From the human T2T-CHM13v2.0 reference genome, Homo sapiens: a DNA stretch of 64,000 bases. Position numbers and translations under genes: made by a program. The stretch lies in assembly GCF_009914755.1 (NCBI RefSeq), contig NC_060936.1, one strand, 5' to 3'. Shown one piece after another: positions 12,967 to 28,402 of the stretch; position 1 is the first letter of the stretch, and every line of letters begins with the position of its first letter. The notes beneath the pieces are model-generated. The model ran no database searches, was not told the DNA's origin, and saw only the letters and a list, made by a program, of their open reading frames with translations.

Positions 12967-15900
12967 AGGAAAGAAGGAAAAAGAGAAGAAGAAAGAAAAA
13001 GAAATTACCAAAAGTATTTATTTATGATACAGTGAATGTATTTAAGAGGTCTTTTTTGATAAGTGGAAACATAAAACCTTGTTCACTTGAGGGAGCTTGT
13101 TCTTGATATATTGTGTCTTTTGTACCTAGAGACTGTCAAAGGAAAATTGTCCCACCCATCACAGCTCTGTTGAAGGGACATGTTTTGAACCCCATGACTC
13201 CAGTCCCTCTCAGCCAGTAAGCATTTGAACCAAGATCAGTCAAACCACAGGTTGGTGAGTGGCCTGGGAAAAGGCCTGAGGTTCTGCCCAGACAAGGACT
13301 GGTAGGGCCACCCAGATTCTTATTCTCCAGAATGTGGACTAGAAAATGTAAAGGGAAATAGGGAGTTAGCAGCAGGAATGGACACTGAAAAATACAGAGG
13401 GCAGGAGGGAGGGAGAAAAAGAAAGATTAAAATTGACCATTGGGTAGAAGTAGGGACCAGGAGGAATTAGGAGGCTGAAGTTATGAGAATCAGAACCTAG
13501 AAATAGATAGAAGCAAAGAACTAGTGGAAAAATTAGAGGGCGAAAAAGCCAACTGGGAGAAAATGTAAGACAACCAGAGGGAAGCAAAGAGAGAATATAG
13601 CCAAGTCATGTTACTAGTGGAGTGTCAGGATGAAGACCCAGACTCTCTTGTGGCTGAGGCCTCTCTCAAGCTTCGGGCTTCCATATCCTGTCTCTGAACA
13701 GGCCATGTATTTTTTCCTGTAGGATTCCTGCCTCCCTTGGTGGACCTTGTGAAAAGCTTTCACTGTTCATGCTACCCTTAATGCTTCTCTGTCCCTTGCA
13801 AACAAACTAACCCTAACAGAATTTTGATTACAGGCCTGAGCTCTCAGATAAAGAATGCGTATATAGTTTTACTAGAATCTATTAGTATCATACACCGTGA
13901 TTCGGATAAGCCATATAATGCTTAAGCTTTGCCATGGTCACAAATGAGGGGACTCTGGAAATATATTCATTTCCTAAACCAGTATTATAAATACTAAATG
14001 TATTCTGTAAACCTTAATGTATATAGTATTCTGTAAACCTAAATACTAAATGTATATTGTAAACCTAAATGTATTCATTTCCTAAACTTTTCAGGTCATA
14101 GCACACATAAAAATGAAAATATTTACACAGCAGCTGCTGTACATGGAGGAGCCTCCTCATGGCCATGGATAGGGCTGTCCCAAACACCCCAGCCTCAGAA
14201 GCCACAAGGGTTGAAAGGGGCATTATTGTTATTCCTGGCATAGGCATTTGGAAGTTCTGCCTTGGGCTGCTAATTTACTGTGCAATGAGTTAATGCTTCT
14301 ATATAAGAGTGGTATCCTGGTGGTATCCTGGAAGAATTAAAACACAAAACTTCCTTACCCACTTCAATATTTCACCAATTTCAAATATACTTTGAATTAA
14401 ATAATGGTTTCTTCTCACAGTTTACCTCCTGAGACTACATAGAAGTAAATTTTTGTATGATGACATTTGTTCATAAGGCAGAGGTTATTACTCTCCCCCA
14501 CTACCTCCATTATAAAATGGATTGCATACCCTCTTTGCAAGTTGTGTTTTATGTTATAGATGACAAATAGGTTTTGTTTTATCCCCTTGCCAACCTCAGC
14601 TGATTGGTGCTGGCTGCCTGGAGCATGGAGTTGAGAAGTTTCTGAGGTTGAAAGTGGGTGGATTGGAGATTTAACAGCCCTTGTGGTTTGGAGTATACTT
14701 TGTAAGACTCTGATGGATGTTTTATAATAAACTTTGGGCACAGAGGAACATTTTAGGGCCATTCCAGGCAAGACATGCCTGGAATAATTCACCCTCTGAA
14801 TTGCTTTGTCTTAGATGACAACTTATTGCTTAAATCCCACATTATTCCCAGAAATGTGCTAGTTTGAGAAAAAGAATGAGTTGCCCCAAGTGTTTCTTTG
14901 TAGATAGAGATAATGCCTTTTGCAGAAATCTGAAAGAGTCAACAATATTAACAGTTATATTAATAGCATTCATTTCCGAGGGATTACTATGTACTAAATG
15001 CAGTCCTAAGCATTGCCCATGTATCATCTCATTTAATCTCTCCAGCAAGCTTTTAAAAAGGTACTGTTCTTATCCTCATATGACAGATAAGGAAACTGCA
15101 GCAGTAGCTAGAAAGTGGCAAAGCCAAGAGTTAAACTGGGCAGTGTGAGCTCCTCTGCTCTACTGCTAGAATCAGGTATTGTTTGTTACCATTTCCTTCT
15201 GTTTTAGAGACCTGAACCTTAAAATAAAGGACTGCTATGCCTGTCCTGAGCCTCATTTATCCTGCTTTGAGACAGTAATGTTCTATAAAAATGTGTCAGT
15301 TCTAATGGAGCTCAGTTTAATGGTCTCAGGATCATCTCTTATGATCGACAAGTTACAGCATTAAAGAAAACAAATGCACTCTATTTTCAGGAAATTGCTA
15401 GATATGGAGCTGATGAGAACAGATGTAAGTGGTTTACAAGACTTCTGAAGGGCTGGGCTTGACGTGTTCATTTTGTTACCTTTGCTTTGTGTGTTCACCG
15501 GAAAAAAATAATAAGGCTCCATCTGTAACCAGTTTGTAGCAACTGGGAGGGCCTTGGCATTGGGTTAGGAATCCTGACAGAACTCTACTACCTTTGTTCA
15601 GGTCACGTCTGTGTGAGTGCAGGGCTCCCTCGGGATCCCTGAGGTATGCTGTGAGCCTGGGTCTCGGCTGGAATTACAGTGTGGCTCATTCCTCAATGCT
15701 CATTTTTGTTCAGAAAGGTCCAAGGGTCAGAATGATTATGGACTAAATAACTCCTCTCCCGAGGGAAAAAATGAGTCATCAGGGAACTAGATGTTGGCAG
15801 AGACCTGTCGGGGAAACAGATTATTTCCCTCTGTTCTGTTTCTGGTTTGGTTTGTTTTTTTTCTCTCTCTCCCCCTTGTTTTTCATTTTTTACTTCTAGG

Positions 15901-16149
15901 ATTGCCAAAAGTTAAGTTATCCCCAGTAAACACACCAAGCAAGATCCACAAAGCTCTTTAATCAAAATGACAAGATGGTAATTATTTAGTGTGATCCTGT
16001 TAGTAATTGGTGAATGAAGTATGTCTCATTTAAAAAAATAAATTTTGCAAGAATCAGCCTTTTGTTTCTAGATATTTATGCTAACTTTATATTTTATAGT
16101 CTTATCTACATGTTCAACAAAAAAATGGTAATTGTATGTTGAAAAAGGT

Positions 16150-16380
16150 ACACATTTACTAAAGGCCTACCATGTTTGTATGCACATTCACATAGGATAC
16201 CTCATCAATTTCTCATCACCCATTAGAAAGAAATTACTAACCTCATTTTATAGATGAGGATACTGAGGCTCAGAGAGGTTATGCAACTTGCCCAGGATTC
16301 CAGTAGCTGATAAGGTGTGGAGCCTAAACTTTAAACCAGATCTGGTCTGTTTCACTCCAGAGTCATTCCAAAGTGTGTCC
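16150..16380 (-). mobile_element. MIR
   Basis: cattttatagatgaggatactgaggctcagagaggtta core. Confidence 0.7.
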
Positions 16381-16743
16381 ACCATGTTGTGCATCTTCTG
16401 TGAAGTGTGTCAATTAAGATCTCATTAACTCATACACAAAAATGAGTTAGATGTGATCTCTGCTTTCAAAAATCTCAGTATATTAAAGAAGCGTTGATAA
16501 TTATAATACAGGGCAAGTCCAATTTACAATAGGCCAATGAGGGTTTATGTAGTCAAGTTCCTGAGGCAAAAGGAAAAGCAGAAAAGGTTCACCCAAGAAG
16601 AGATATTGGAAAGAAGTCTTAGCTTTGCCAGGCAGAGTAGTGGGGTTGGAAGGAGACATAGATAACATTCTTAGGTGACAAGAGTATTTGTAAAGCTCTG
16701 AAAAGGAAGAATTGGCTGTTCAGAGTGATAGGGAGGTTGAGTG

Positions 16744-17183
16744 TGTATTAGTTTCCTAGGACTGCTGTAACATAGTACTACAAACTGGGTAGCTTAAAAC
16801 AATAGTTTATTGCATAACAGTTCTGGAGGCTCAAAGTCCAAAATCAAGGTGTCAGTGGGATTCTGAGGGCTGTGAGGGAAGGATCTGTTCCATGCCAGTC
16901 TCCTGGATTCTGGTGATGGCTGATGGTCCTTGGCCTTCCTTGGTTTGTAGATGCATCACTCCTATCTCTGCCTCTGTCTTCACCTGGCATTTGCCCCGTG
17001 TCTCTGTGTCTTCACATGGCTATCTTCTTCTCAAGACGGTGGTCATATTGGATTAAGGGCCCAGCCTACTCCAGTTATGACCCCATCTTAACTAATTACA
17101 TGTGCACTGACCCTACTTCCAAATAAGGTCACATTGTGAGGTACTGGGACCTTTTTTGAGGGGACACAGTTCAACCCATAGCA
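16744..17183 (-). mobile_element. MaLR solo LTR (MLT1 family)
   Basis: tgtattagtttcctaggactgctgtaac...ttcaacccatagca with TG..CA ends; near-TSD gagtg/gagta. Confidence 0.88.
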
Positions 17184-17808
17184 GAGTACCTGTTGAAGGC
17201 TGAGAGCTACTTATCACAGACCACTTGAGCTACAACAGAACGTGGCTTCACGCTGTAAGCAACAGAAAGCCAACTGGAGTTATAATCCGGGAAGGGACAT
17301 CATCAATTGTATTTGGGAAATAACTCTGGCAACAGTGCAGGGAGAGGTGAAAGTGGAGGCCAACTGGTGGCAGGCAGGCCCCTTAGAAGGCATTCTAGTA
17401 CTCAGTCAAAATATTACGCAGAACTTGGCTTCAGAAAAGATCCAATTTCCAGAATAAAAACCACACGTGTAAAATGTTTTCCTAGCTTTAGTTATTTATA
17501 ATATGCAAAATTTGTGAACAACGTAAATGTCCAACAATAGAAGAACGGTTTGGTAAATTATAAGCAGCTATTATAAATTGCTCTTTCAAAGCATGTGATA
17601 ATACAAAGCTTGTATTTAAATTTTTTTAAAGTAGGGTATAAAGTATACAAGTAAAACACGATTTTGAGTATATTAAATGTAAATGAAAACAGAAAGAAAT
17701 GATGCCATAATATTAATGGTGGTTTGCTTTATGTGGTGGGATTGTGGGAAGATTTTTTTCAACTTTAAGTATAATTTATGTGCAATAAAATCCAGCAACT
17801 TTAAGTGA

Positions 17809-18164
<356 letters not shown>

Positions 18165-20211
18165 TAAGAGAACATTTTTATCCTCTCAAAAGTTTCCTCA
18201 TGCCTCTGCAGTCAGTCCCTTGGCAACCTGAAACCTGCTTTTTACCACTGTAGTTTCAGCTGTTCTAGAATTTCATGCAGATTAAATTATTCAATATATA
18301 GCATTTTGTGTCTGGCTACTTTCACTTCAGTTAATGCTGTTGAGATTCATTTATGCTGTTGCCTGTGTCAGTAGCTGGTTTCTTTTTAGTACAGAGTAGT
18401 ATTCCAGAGCCTGGCTATGTCATAATTTGTTCGTCTACTTACCAGTTAATGAATATTTGGGTTCAGTATGGTTTTTAACTACTATAAATAAACCTAGAAA
18501 CTATTGGCTCTTCTAGTTTTTTGTTTTTGTAAATTTTCATAAAAGCCTTTGTAGCCATTCATCTTGGATGAATAATTAAAAGTGGCATTGCTGGATCATG
18601 TGATAAGTGAATGCCTAACTTAGTAAGAAATTGTTTCCCAAAGTGGCCATATCGTTTTGTAGTCAATATCAGCATGATATGAGAATTCCAGGTGTTCCAC
18701 ATTCTCACAAGCACTTGGAATTGTCAGTCTTTATAATTTTAGTCATTTTAGTGGGTATATAGTATTATCCCATTGCAGTTTTAATTTGCATTTCCCTAAT
18801 GAGTAGCGATGTTGAACATCTTTTCATGAGCTTATTTGCAATCTGCACATCTTACTTGGTGAAGTGTTTGCTCAGATCATTTGTCCATTTGTTATTGGGT
18901 TGTCTGTCTTATTTTTAAGTTAAAAGAGTACTTTTATATATTCTAGGTAGAAATGCTTCATCTTACATGTGTTTGCAAATTTTTTTCCCTGTCTGAGTCT
19001 TGCATTTTTATTTTTTAATGGTGCCTTTTGAAAACCAAGAGTTTTTTCTTTTTATATAGTCTAATTTAAATTTTCTTCTGCACTCATTTTTTGTTTTATT
19101 TATGAAATCTTTGCCAAACTCAAAGTTTCTAAGATTTTCGTCTATATTGTCTTCTAAAAAGCTTATCGTTTTAGCTCATATGTTTAGGTTTATGACTTAT
19201 TTCAAGTTGGTTTTTGTATATGGCATAACGTAAGGGGCAGATTTATTTCTTTCCATGTAGATATCCAGTTTTCCTAGTACCATTTGTCAAAAACGTCGTT
19301 CTTTTCCTTTTTGAATTTTCTTGGTACATTTTGGTTGAAATCAATGGGCCATATATGTATGGGTCTGTTTTCAGAATTTTTATTATGTTTGATGTGTATG
19401 TGTACACATGGCAATAATCCACTGTCTTGATTATTATGGCATAATAACTGTTAAAATCATATTTTTCTTTTCAAAAATTGTTTTGCTGTTTTAGGTTCTT
19501 TGCATTTCCAAAAAAATTGTAGAATCAGCACTTAAATTTCTTCAAAAAAAGTGTTGATATTTTGATTGGGATTAAGTTGAATCAATGTCAGTTTGGAAAG
19601 ATTGAGTGTCATTTAGCTTTTTGTTTATTTACATATTCTGTAATTTCTCTAAGCAATGTCTTATTATTTTCAATGTACAAGGCTTCCAGATATTTTGTTA
19701 AATTTATGCCTATACATTGGATTTTTTGAGTTTTTTACAAAATAGTATTTTTCTGTAATTTCAATTGCCAGTTATTCATTGCTACTACATAGAAATACAA
19801 TTAACTTTTGTATATTGACCATATATCTTGTGACTTACTAAACTCAGTTATTAGTGCTTCTAGCTTTTTTATAGATTCCTTAATATTTTCAACATAGATG
19901 ATTAAGAAATTTATAAAATAAATAAGTTTTCTTTCTTTCTAATCTATATGAGTTTTATTTCTTTTTCTTGCCTTATACTGGTTAGGACCTCCAGAATAAT
20001 GCTGGATACAAGTTATGTACTAGACATCCTTGCCTTATGCCCAGTCTTAGGGGAATGTGTTTAGTCTTTCAACATTAAGTATGATAGAAACCACAGGTTT
20101 TCATATATGTCTGTTATCAAGTTGAAGGACATTCCTTCTATTATTAGGAACTGAGGGTTTTAAAAATCATGAATGGGTATAGAATTTTGCCAAAAGCTTT
20201 TCCTGTATTAA

Positions 20212-20597
<386 letters not shown>

Positions 20598-23257
20598 GAC
20601 GGAACGTGCAGGTTTCTTACATAGGTATACATGTGCCATGGTGGTTTGCTGCACCCTTCAAATCGTCATCTACATTAGGTATTTCTCCTAATGCTTTCCC
20701 TCCCCGATCCCCCTATCCCCCAACAGGCCCCAGTGTGTGATGGTCCCTGCCCTGTGTCCATGTGTTCTCATTGTTCAACTCCCACTTAGGAGTGAGAACA
20801 TGCAGTGTTTGGTTTTCTCTTCCTATGTTAGTTTGCTGAGAATGATGGTTTCCAGCTTCATCCATGTCCCTGCAAAGGACATGAACTCATTCTTTTTTAT
20901 GGCTGCATAGTATTCCATGGTGTGTATGTGCCACATTTTCTTTATTCAGTCTATCATTGATGGGCATTTGGGTTGGTTCGAAGTCTTTGCTATTGTGAAT
21001 AGTGCCACAATAAATATACGTGTGCATGTGTCTTTATAGTAGAATGATTTATAATCCTTTGGGTGTATACTCAGTAATGGGATTGCTGGGTCAAATGGTA
21101 TTTCTGGTTCTAGATCCTTGAGGAGTCACCACATTGGTTTCCACAATGATTGAACTAATTTACACTCCCACCAAAAGTGTAATTAGTGTAAAAGCGTTCC
21201 TATTTCTCCACATCCTCTCCAGCATCTGTTGTTTCCTGACTTTTTAGTGATTGCCATTCTAACTGGCATGAGATGGTATCTCATTGTGGTTTTGATTTGC
21301 ATTTCTCTAATGACCAGTGATGATGAGCTTTTTTTCATATGTTTGTTGCCTGTGTAAATGTCTTCTTTTGAGAAGTTTCTGTTCATATCCTTTGCCCACT
21401 TTTTATGGGGTTGTTTGTATTTTCCTGTAAAGTTGTTTAAGTTGCTTGTAGATTCTGGATATTAGCTCTTTGTCAGATGGATAGATTGCAAAAATTTTCT
21501 CCTATTCTATAGGTTGCCTGTTCACTCTGATGATAGTTTCCATTGCTGTGCAGAAGCTCTTTAGTTTAATTAGATCCCATTTGTCTATTTTGGCTTTTGT
21601 TGTAATTGGTTTTGGTGTTGTAGTCATGAAGTCTTTGCCCATGCCTATGTCCTGAATGGTATTGCCTAGGTTTTCCTCTAGGATTTTTATGGTTTTAGGT
21701 TTTACATTTAATTTTTTAACCGATCTTGAATTAATTTTTGAATAAGGTGTAAGGAAGGGGTCCAATTTCAATTTTCTGCATATGGCTAGCCAGTTTTCCC
21801 AACACCATTTATTAAATAGGGAATCCTTTCCCCATTGCTGTTTTTGTCAGGTTTATCAAAGATTAGATGGTTGTAGAAATGTGGCATTATTTCTGAGGCC
21901 TCTGTTCTGTTCCATTGGTCTATATGTCTGTTTTGGTACCAGTACCATGCTGTTTTGGTTACTGTAGCCTTGTAGTATAGTTTGAAGTCAGGTAGCGTGA
22001 TGCCTCCAGCTTTGTTCTTTTTGCTTAGGATTGTCTTGGCTATATGGGCTCTTTTTTGGTTCCATATGAAATTTAAAGTAGTGTTTTCTAATTCTGTGAA
22101 GAAAGTCAGTGGTAGCTTGATGTGGATAGCATTGAATCTATAAATTACTTGGGGAAGTATGGCCATTTTCACAATATTGATTCTTCCTATCCATAAGCAT
22201 GGAATATTTTTCCATTTGTTTGTGTCCTCTCTCATTTCCTTGAGCAGTGGTTTGTAATTCTCCTTGAAGAGGCCCTTCACATCCCTTGTAAGTTGTATTC
22301 CTAGGTATTTTATTCTCTTTGTAGCAATTGTGAATGGGAGTTCATTCATGATTTGGCTCTCTGTTTATCTGTTCTTGGTGTATAAGAATGCTTGTGATTT
22401 TTGCACATTGATTTTGTATCCTGAGATTTTGCTAAAGTTGCTTACCAGCTTAAGGAGATTTGGGGCTGAGACGATGGGGTTTTATAAATATACAGTCATG
22501 TCATCTGCAAATAGAGACAATTCGACTTCCTCTTTTCCTATTTGAATACCCTTTATTTCTTTCTCTTGCCTGATTGCCCTGACCAGAACTTTCAATACTG
22601 TGTTGAATAGGAGTGGTGAGAGAGGGCATTCTTATTTTGTGCTGGTTTTTGAAGGGAATGCTTCCAGCTTTTGCCCCTTCATATGATATTGGCTGTGGGT
22701 TTGTCATAAATAGCTCTTATTATATTGAGATACATTCCATCAATACCTAGTTTACTGAGAGTTTTTAGCATGAAGCGGTGTTGAATTTTATCGAAGGCCT
22801 TTTCTGTATCTATTGAGATAATCATGTGGCTTTTGTCATTGGTTCTGTTTTTGTGATGGATTATGTTTATTAATTTGCATATGTTGAACCAGCCTTGCAT
22901 CCCAGGGATGAAGCCAACTTGATTGTGGTGGATAAGCTTTTTGATGTGCTGCTGGATTCAGTTTTCCAGTATTTCATTGAGGATTTTCGCATAGATGTTC
23001 ATCAGTGATATTGGCCTGAAATTTTCTTTTTTTGTTGTGTCTCTGCTAGGTTTTGGTATCAGGATGATCTGGCCTCATAAAATGGGTTAGGGAGAAGTCC
23101 CTCATTTTCTATTGTTTGGAATAGTTTCAGAAGGAATGGTACCATCTCCTCTTTTTACCTGTGGTAGAATTCAGCTGTGAATCCTTCTGGTCCTGGCCTT
23201 TGTTTGGTTGGTAGGCTATTAATTACTGCCTCAATTTCAGAACTTGTTATTGGGCTA

Positions 23258-23512
<255 letters not shown>

Positions 23513-26418
23513 TTAATCTTTTTTAAAAAACAATTCTTGGATTATTTGATATTTTGAAGGGTTTTTCATGTCTGTCTCCTTCAGTTCTGCTCTGATCTTA
23601 GTCAGCCTTCTTGTCTTCTGCTAGCTTTTGAATGTGTTTTCTCTTGCTTCTCTAGTTCTTTTAATTGTGATGTTAGGATGTCAATTATAGATCTTTCCCG
23701 CTTTCTCCTGTGGGCATTTAGTGCTATAAATTTCCCTGCAAACACTGCTTCCGCAGTTTCCCAGAGATTCTGGTACGTTGTGCCTTTGTTCCCATTAGTT
23801 TCAAATAACTTATTTATTTCTGCCTTAATTTCGTTATTTACCCAGTAGTCATTCAGGAGCAGGTTGTTCAGTTTCCATGTAGTTGTGCAGCTCTGAGTGA
23901 GTTTCTTAATCCTGAGTTCTAATTTGATTGCACTGTGGTCTGAAAGACTGTTTGTTATGATTTCCGTTCTTTTGCATTTGCTGAGGAGTGTTTTACTTCC
24001 AATTATGTGGTCAATTTTAGAATAAGTGCAATGTAGTGCTGAGAAGAATGTATATTCTGTTGATTTGCAGTGGGGAGTTCTGTAGATGTCTATTAGGTTC
24101 GCTTGGTCCAGAGCAGAGTTCAAGTTCTGAATATCTTTGTTAATTTTGTGTCTCATTGATCTGTCCAATATTGACAGTGGGGTATTAAATCTCCCATTAT
24201 TATTGTGTGGGAGTCTAAGTCTTTTTGTAGGTCTCTAAGAACTTGCTTTATGAATCTGGGTGCTCCTGTATTGGGTGCATATATATTTAGGACAGTTAGC
24301 TCTTCTTGTTGCATTGATCCCTTTACCATTATGTAATGCGCTTCTCTGTCTTTTTTGACCTTTGTTGGTTTAGGTCTGTTTTATCAGAGACTATGATTGC
24401 AATCCTTGCTTTTTTTTTCTTTCCATTTGCTTGGTAAATATTCTCCATCCCTTTATTTTGAGCGCATGTATGTCTTTGCATGGAGATGGATCTCCTGAAT
24501 ACAGTACACAGATGGGTGGTCTTGACTCTTTATCCAGTTTGCCAACCTGTGTCTTTTAATTGAGGCATTTAGCCCATTTACATTTAAGGATAATATTGTT
24601 ATGTGTGAATTTGATCCTATCGTTAGGATGCTAGCTGGTTGTTTTGCCTGTTAGTTGAGGTAGTTTCTTCATAGCGTCAATAGTCTTGACAATTTGGTAT
24701 GTTTTTGCAGTGGCTGGTCCCAGTTTTTCCTTTCCATATTTAGTGCTTCCTTCAGGAGCTCTTGTAAGGCCAGCCTGGTGGTGACAAAATCTCTCAGCAT
24801 TTGCTTGTCTGTAAAGGATTTTATTTCTCCTACGCTTACGAAGCTTAGTTTGGCTGGATATGAAATTCAGCGTTGAAAATTCTTTTTTTTAAGAATGTTG
24901 AATATTGGCCCCCACTCTCTTCTGGCTTGTAGGGTTTCTGCAGAGAGATCTGCTGTTAGTCTGATGGGCTTCCCTTTGTGGGTAACCCAACCCTTTCTCT
25001 CTGGCTGCCCTTAACACTTTTTTTTTTTCATTTTAACCTTGGTGAATCTGACAGTTATGTGTCTTGGGGTTCTCTTCTCAGGAGTATCTTTGTAGTGTTC
25101 TCTGTATTTCCTGAATTTGAATGTTGGCCTGTCTTTGTAGGCTGGGGAAGTTCTCCTGGATAATATCCTGAAGAGCGTTTTCCAACTTGGTTCCATTCTC
25201 CCCATCACTTTCAGGTACACCAATCAAATGTAGGTTTGGTTTTTTCACATAGTCCCATATTTCTTGAAGGCTTTGTTTGTTCCTTTTCATTCTTTTTTCT
25301 CTAATCTTGTCTTCACACTTTATTTCATTAAGTTGATCTTCAGTCTCTGATATCCTTTCTTCTGCTTGATCGACTCGACTATTGATACTTGTATATGCTT
25401 CACAAAGTTCTCATGCTGTGTTTTTCAGCTCCATCAGGTCATTTATGTCCTCTAAACTGGTTATTCTAGTTAGCAATTCCTCTAACCTTTTTTCAAGGTT
25501 CTTAGCTTCCTTGCATTGGGTTAGAACATGCTCCTTTAGCTTGGAGGAGTTTGTTATTACCCACCTTCTGAAGCCTACTTCTGTCAATTCGTCAAACTCA
25601 TTCTCCATCCAGTTTTGTTCCCTTGCTGGCAAGGAGTTATGATCCTTTGGAGGAGAAGAGGCATTCTGGTTTTTGGAATTTTCAGCCTTTTTGTGCTGTT
25701 TTTTCCTCATCTTCGTGGATTTATCTACCTTTGGTCTTTGATGTTGGTGATCTTCACCTGGGGTTTTTGAGTGGACATCCTTTTTGTTGATGTTGATGCT
25801 GTTCCTTTCTGTTTGTTCGTTTTCCTTCTAGCAGCCAGACCCCTCTGCTGCAGGTCTGCTGGAGTTTGCTGGAGGTCTACTCCAGACCCTGTTTGCCTGG
25901 GTATCAGCAGTGGAGGCTGCAGAACAGCAAAGATTGCTGCCTATTTTTTCCTCTGGAAGCTTGAGCCCAGAGGGGCACCCCCCAAATGCCAGCTGGAGCT
26001 CTCCTGTATGAGGTGTCTGTCGACCCCTGCTGGGAGGTGTCTCCCAGTCAGGAGGCATGGGCATCAGGGACCCACTTGAGGAGGTAGTCTGTCCCTTAGC
26101 AGAGCTCAAGCACTGTGCTGGGAGATCTGCTGCTCTCTTCAGAGCTGGCAGGCAGGAACATTTACGTCTGCTGAAGCTGCCCCGACAGCCACTGCTTCCC
26201 CCAGGTGCTCTGTCCCAGAGAGGTGGGAGTTTTATCTATAAGCCCCTGACTGGGGCTGCTGCCTTTCTTTCAGGGATGCCCTGCCCAGGGAGGAGGAATC
26301 TAGAGAGGCAGTCTGGCTATAGTGGCTTTGCCAAGCTGCAGTGGGCTCCACCCAGTTCTAACTTCCTGGCGGCTTTGTTTACACTGTGAGGGGAAAATTA
26401 CCTACTCAAGCCTCAGCA

Positions 26419-26637
26419 ATGGCGGACACCCCTCCCCCCACCAAGCTTGAGCATCCCAGGTCAACTTCAGACTGCTATGCTGGCAGCAAGAATTTCAAGC
26501 CTGTGGCTCTTAGCTTGCTGGGCTCCGTAGGGGTGGGATCCGCTGAGCTAGACTGCTTGGCTCCCTGGCTTCAGCCCCCTTTCCAGGGGAGTGAACAGCT
26601 CTGTCTTGCTGGCATTCCAGGCACCACTGGGGTATGA
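26419..26637 (+). other. L1 ORF0-like open frame (72 aa) in the antisense 5'UTR
   Basis: gcaATGg start; MADTPPP..SDC.A..SVGVG resembles L1HS ORF0 MAGAPPP..SDCCAS..SVGVG at the equivalent position. Confidence 0.65.
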
Positions 26638-27446
26638 AAAATAATTCCTACAACTAGCTTGGTGTCTGCCCAAAAGGCTGCCCAGCTTTGTGCTTGAAAC
26701 CCAGGGCCCTGGTGGCACAGGCACCTGAGGGAATCTCCTGGTCTGCAGGTTATGAAGACTATGGGAAAAGCATAGTATCTGGGCCAGAGTGCACCATTCC
26801 TCACAGCACAGTCCCTCAGGGCTTCTCTTGGCTAGGGGAGGGAGTTCCCCGACCCCTTGTGCTTCCTGGGTGAGACAGTGCCCTAGCCTGCTTTGGCTTG
26901 CCCTCCGTGGGCTGTACCCACTGTCTAACCAGTCCCAATGAGATGAGCTGGGTACTTCATTTGGAAATGCAGAAATCACCCACCTTTTGCACTGATCCCA
27001 CAGACTGAAGCTGTTCCTATTCAGCCATCTTCTGTTCTCAATCCTGTTTCTTAAAAGCTGGACAATATATTAATTAAATTGATTCATTATGAAATAATAG
27101 GATGATCTTGCATTCCAAGGATCCCACTTCATCATAATATATTACCTTTTATGAGTGTTGCAATATTTGATTTGCTAAAATACTTTCAGGATTTTTCCAT
27201 CTATCTTCATGAGGGTTATTGGCCTGTAACTTTTTACTTCTAGTGTCTTTTTGTTATTGAGGTGATGTTGGCCTCATAAAGTGAGTTAGGAAACGTACTT
27301 TCTTCTAGAAAGTAGAAATGGTGTTATTTCCATCTTGAATGTTTGGTAAATTGTACCAGTGATGCCACCTGGGCCTGGAGTTTTCTTTGCAGGAAGGCTT
27401 TTAATGCAATCTTAGTCATTTAATGGATGGAAGGTTGTCCAGGTTA

Positions 27447-27486
<40 letters not shown>

Positions 27487-28178
27487 CTTTGAAAGAGTCA
27501 ATTTGTGAATTTATTGGCATAAATTTGTTTATAATATTCTCTTATCTTCTTTCTAATTCCTATAGGATGTGTTATGATATCATATTGGTCATTCCTGAAA
27601 TTGGTAATTAATGTCTTCTCTTTTCCTGTTCATTCTGTCTAAAAGTTTATCAGTTCTATTGATCTTTTAAAGAACCAGCTTTTGGTTTTAATGATGTTTT
27701 TCTGTTGTTTCTATGTTTCATTTTTCATTGATTTTTGCTGTTATCTTTCATTTTGTTCCTCATGCTTGCTTTGCATTTAATTGCTCCTTTTTCTAATTTC
27801 TTAAGGTAAATGCCTAATTATTTATGTGAGGTCTTTCTCATTTTCAAATATGAGTTTAATGCTATAAATTTCCTCTAAGCACTGCTTAGCTATATCCCCC
27901 AAATTGTGTTTTTATTTTTAATCAGTCCAAAATATTTTCTAATTTCCTTTGTGAGTTCTTCTGTGATCTGTGAGTTACTGTGTAGAAGCGTATTGTTTAA
28001 TTACCAAATGCTTGGGAGATTTTCTAAATTTCCGCTTGCTGTTAGTTTCTAACTTCATTCAAAGGACATAGTTTGTGTGGTTTCAGTTCTTTTAAATTTA
28101 CTGAGAAATGTTTTATGACCCACAGTATGATATCTTGGAAAATGTTCCAAGTACATTTGAAAAGACTAGTAGTTCCCC

Positions 28179-28365
28179 ACATGGACACGCGGAGGGGAAC
28201 ATCACACACCAGAGACTGTTGATGGGTGGGAGGCTAGGGAAGGGATAGCATTAGGAGAAATGCCTAATGTACATGATGGGTTATTGGGTGCAACAAACCA
28301 CCATGGCACATGTATACCTGTGTAACAAACCTGCACATTCTGCACATGTATCCCAGAACTTAAAG

Positions 28366-28395
<30 letters not shown>
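28179..28395 (+). mobile_element. Short L1PA 3' end with (TAA)n tail
   Basis: 19-nt TSD aaaaga(c/t)tagtagttcccc at 28160-28178 and 28396-28414. Confidence 0.92.
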
Positions 28396-28399
<4 letters not shown>

Positions 28400-28402
28400 G
28401 AT

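Noticed and set aside
14310-14331. Small tandem duplications (also near 34421, 37568-37627 and 59227)
   Set aside because: Ordinary slippage events with no further structure.
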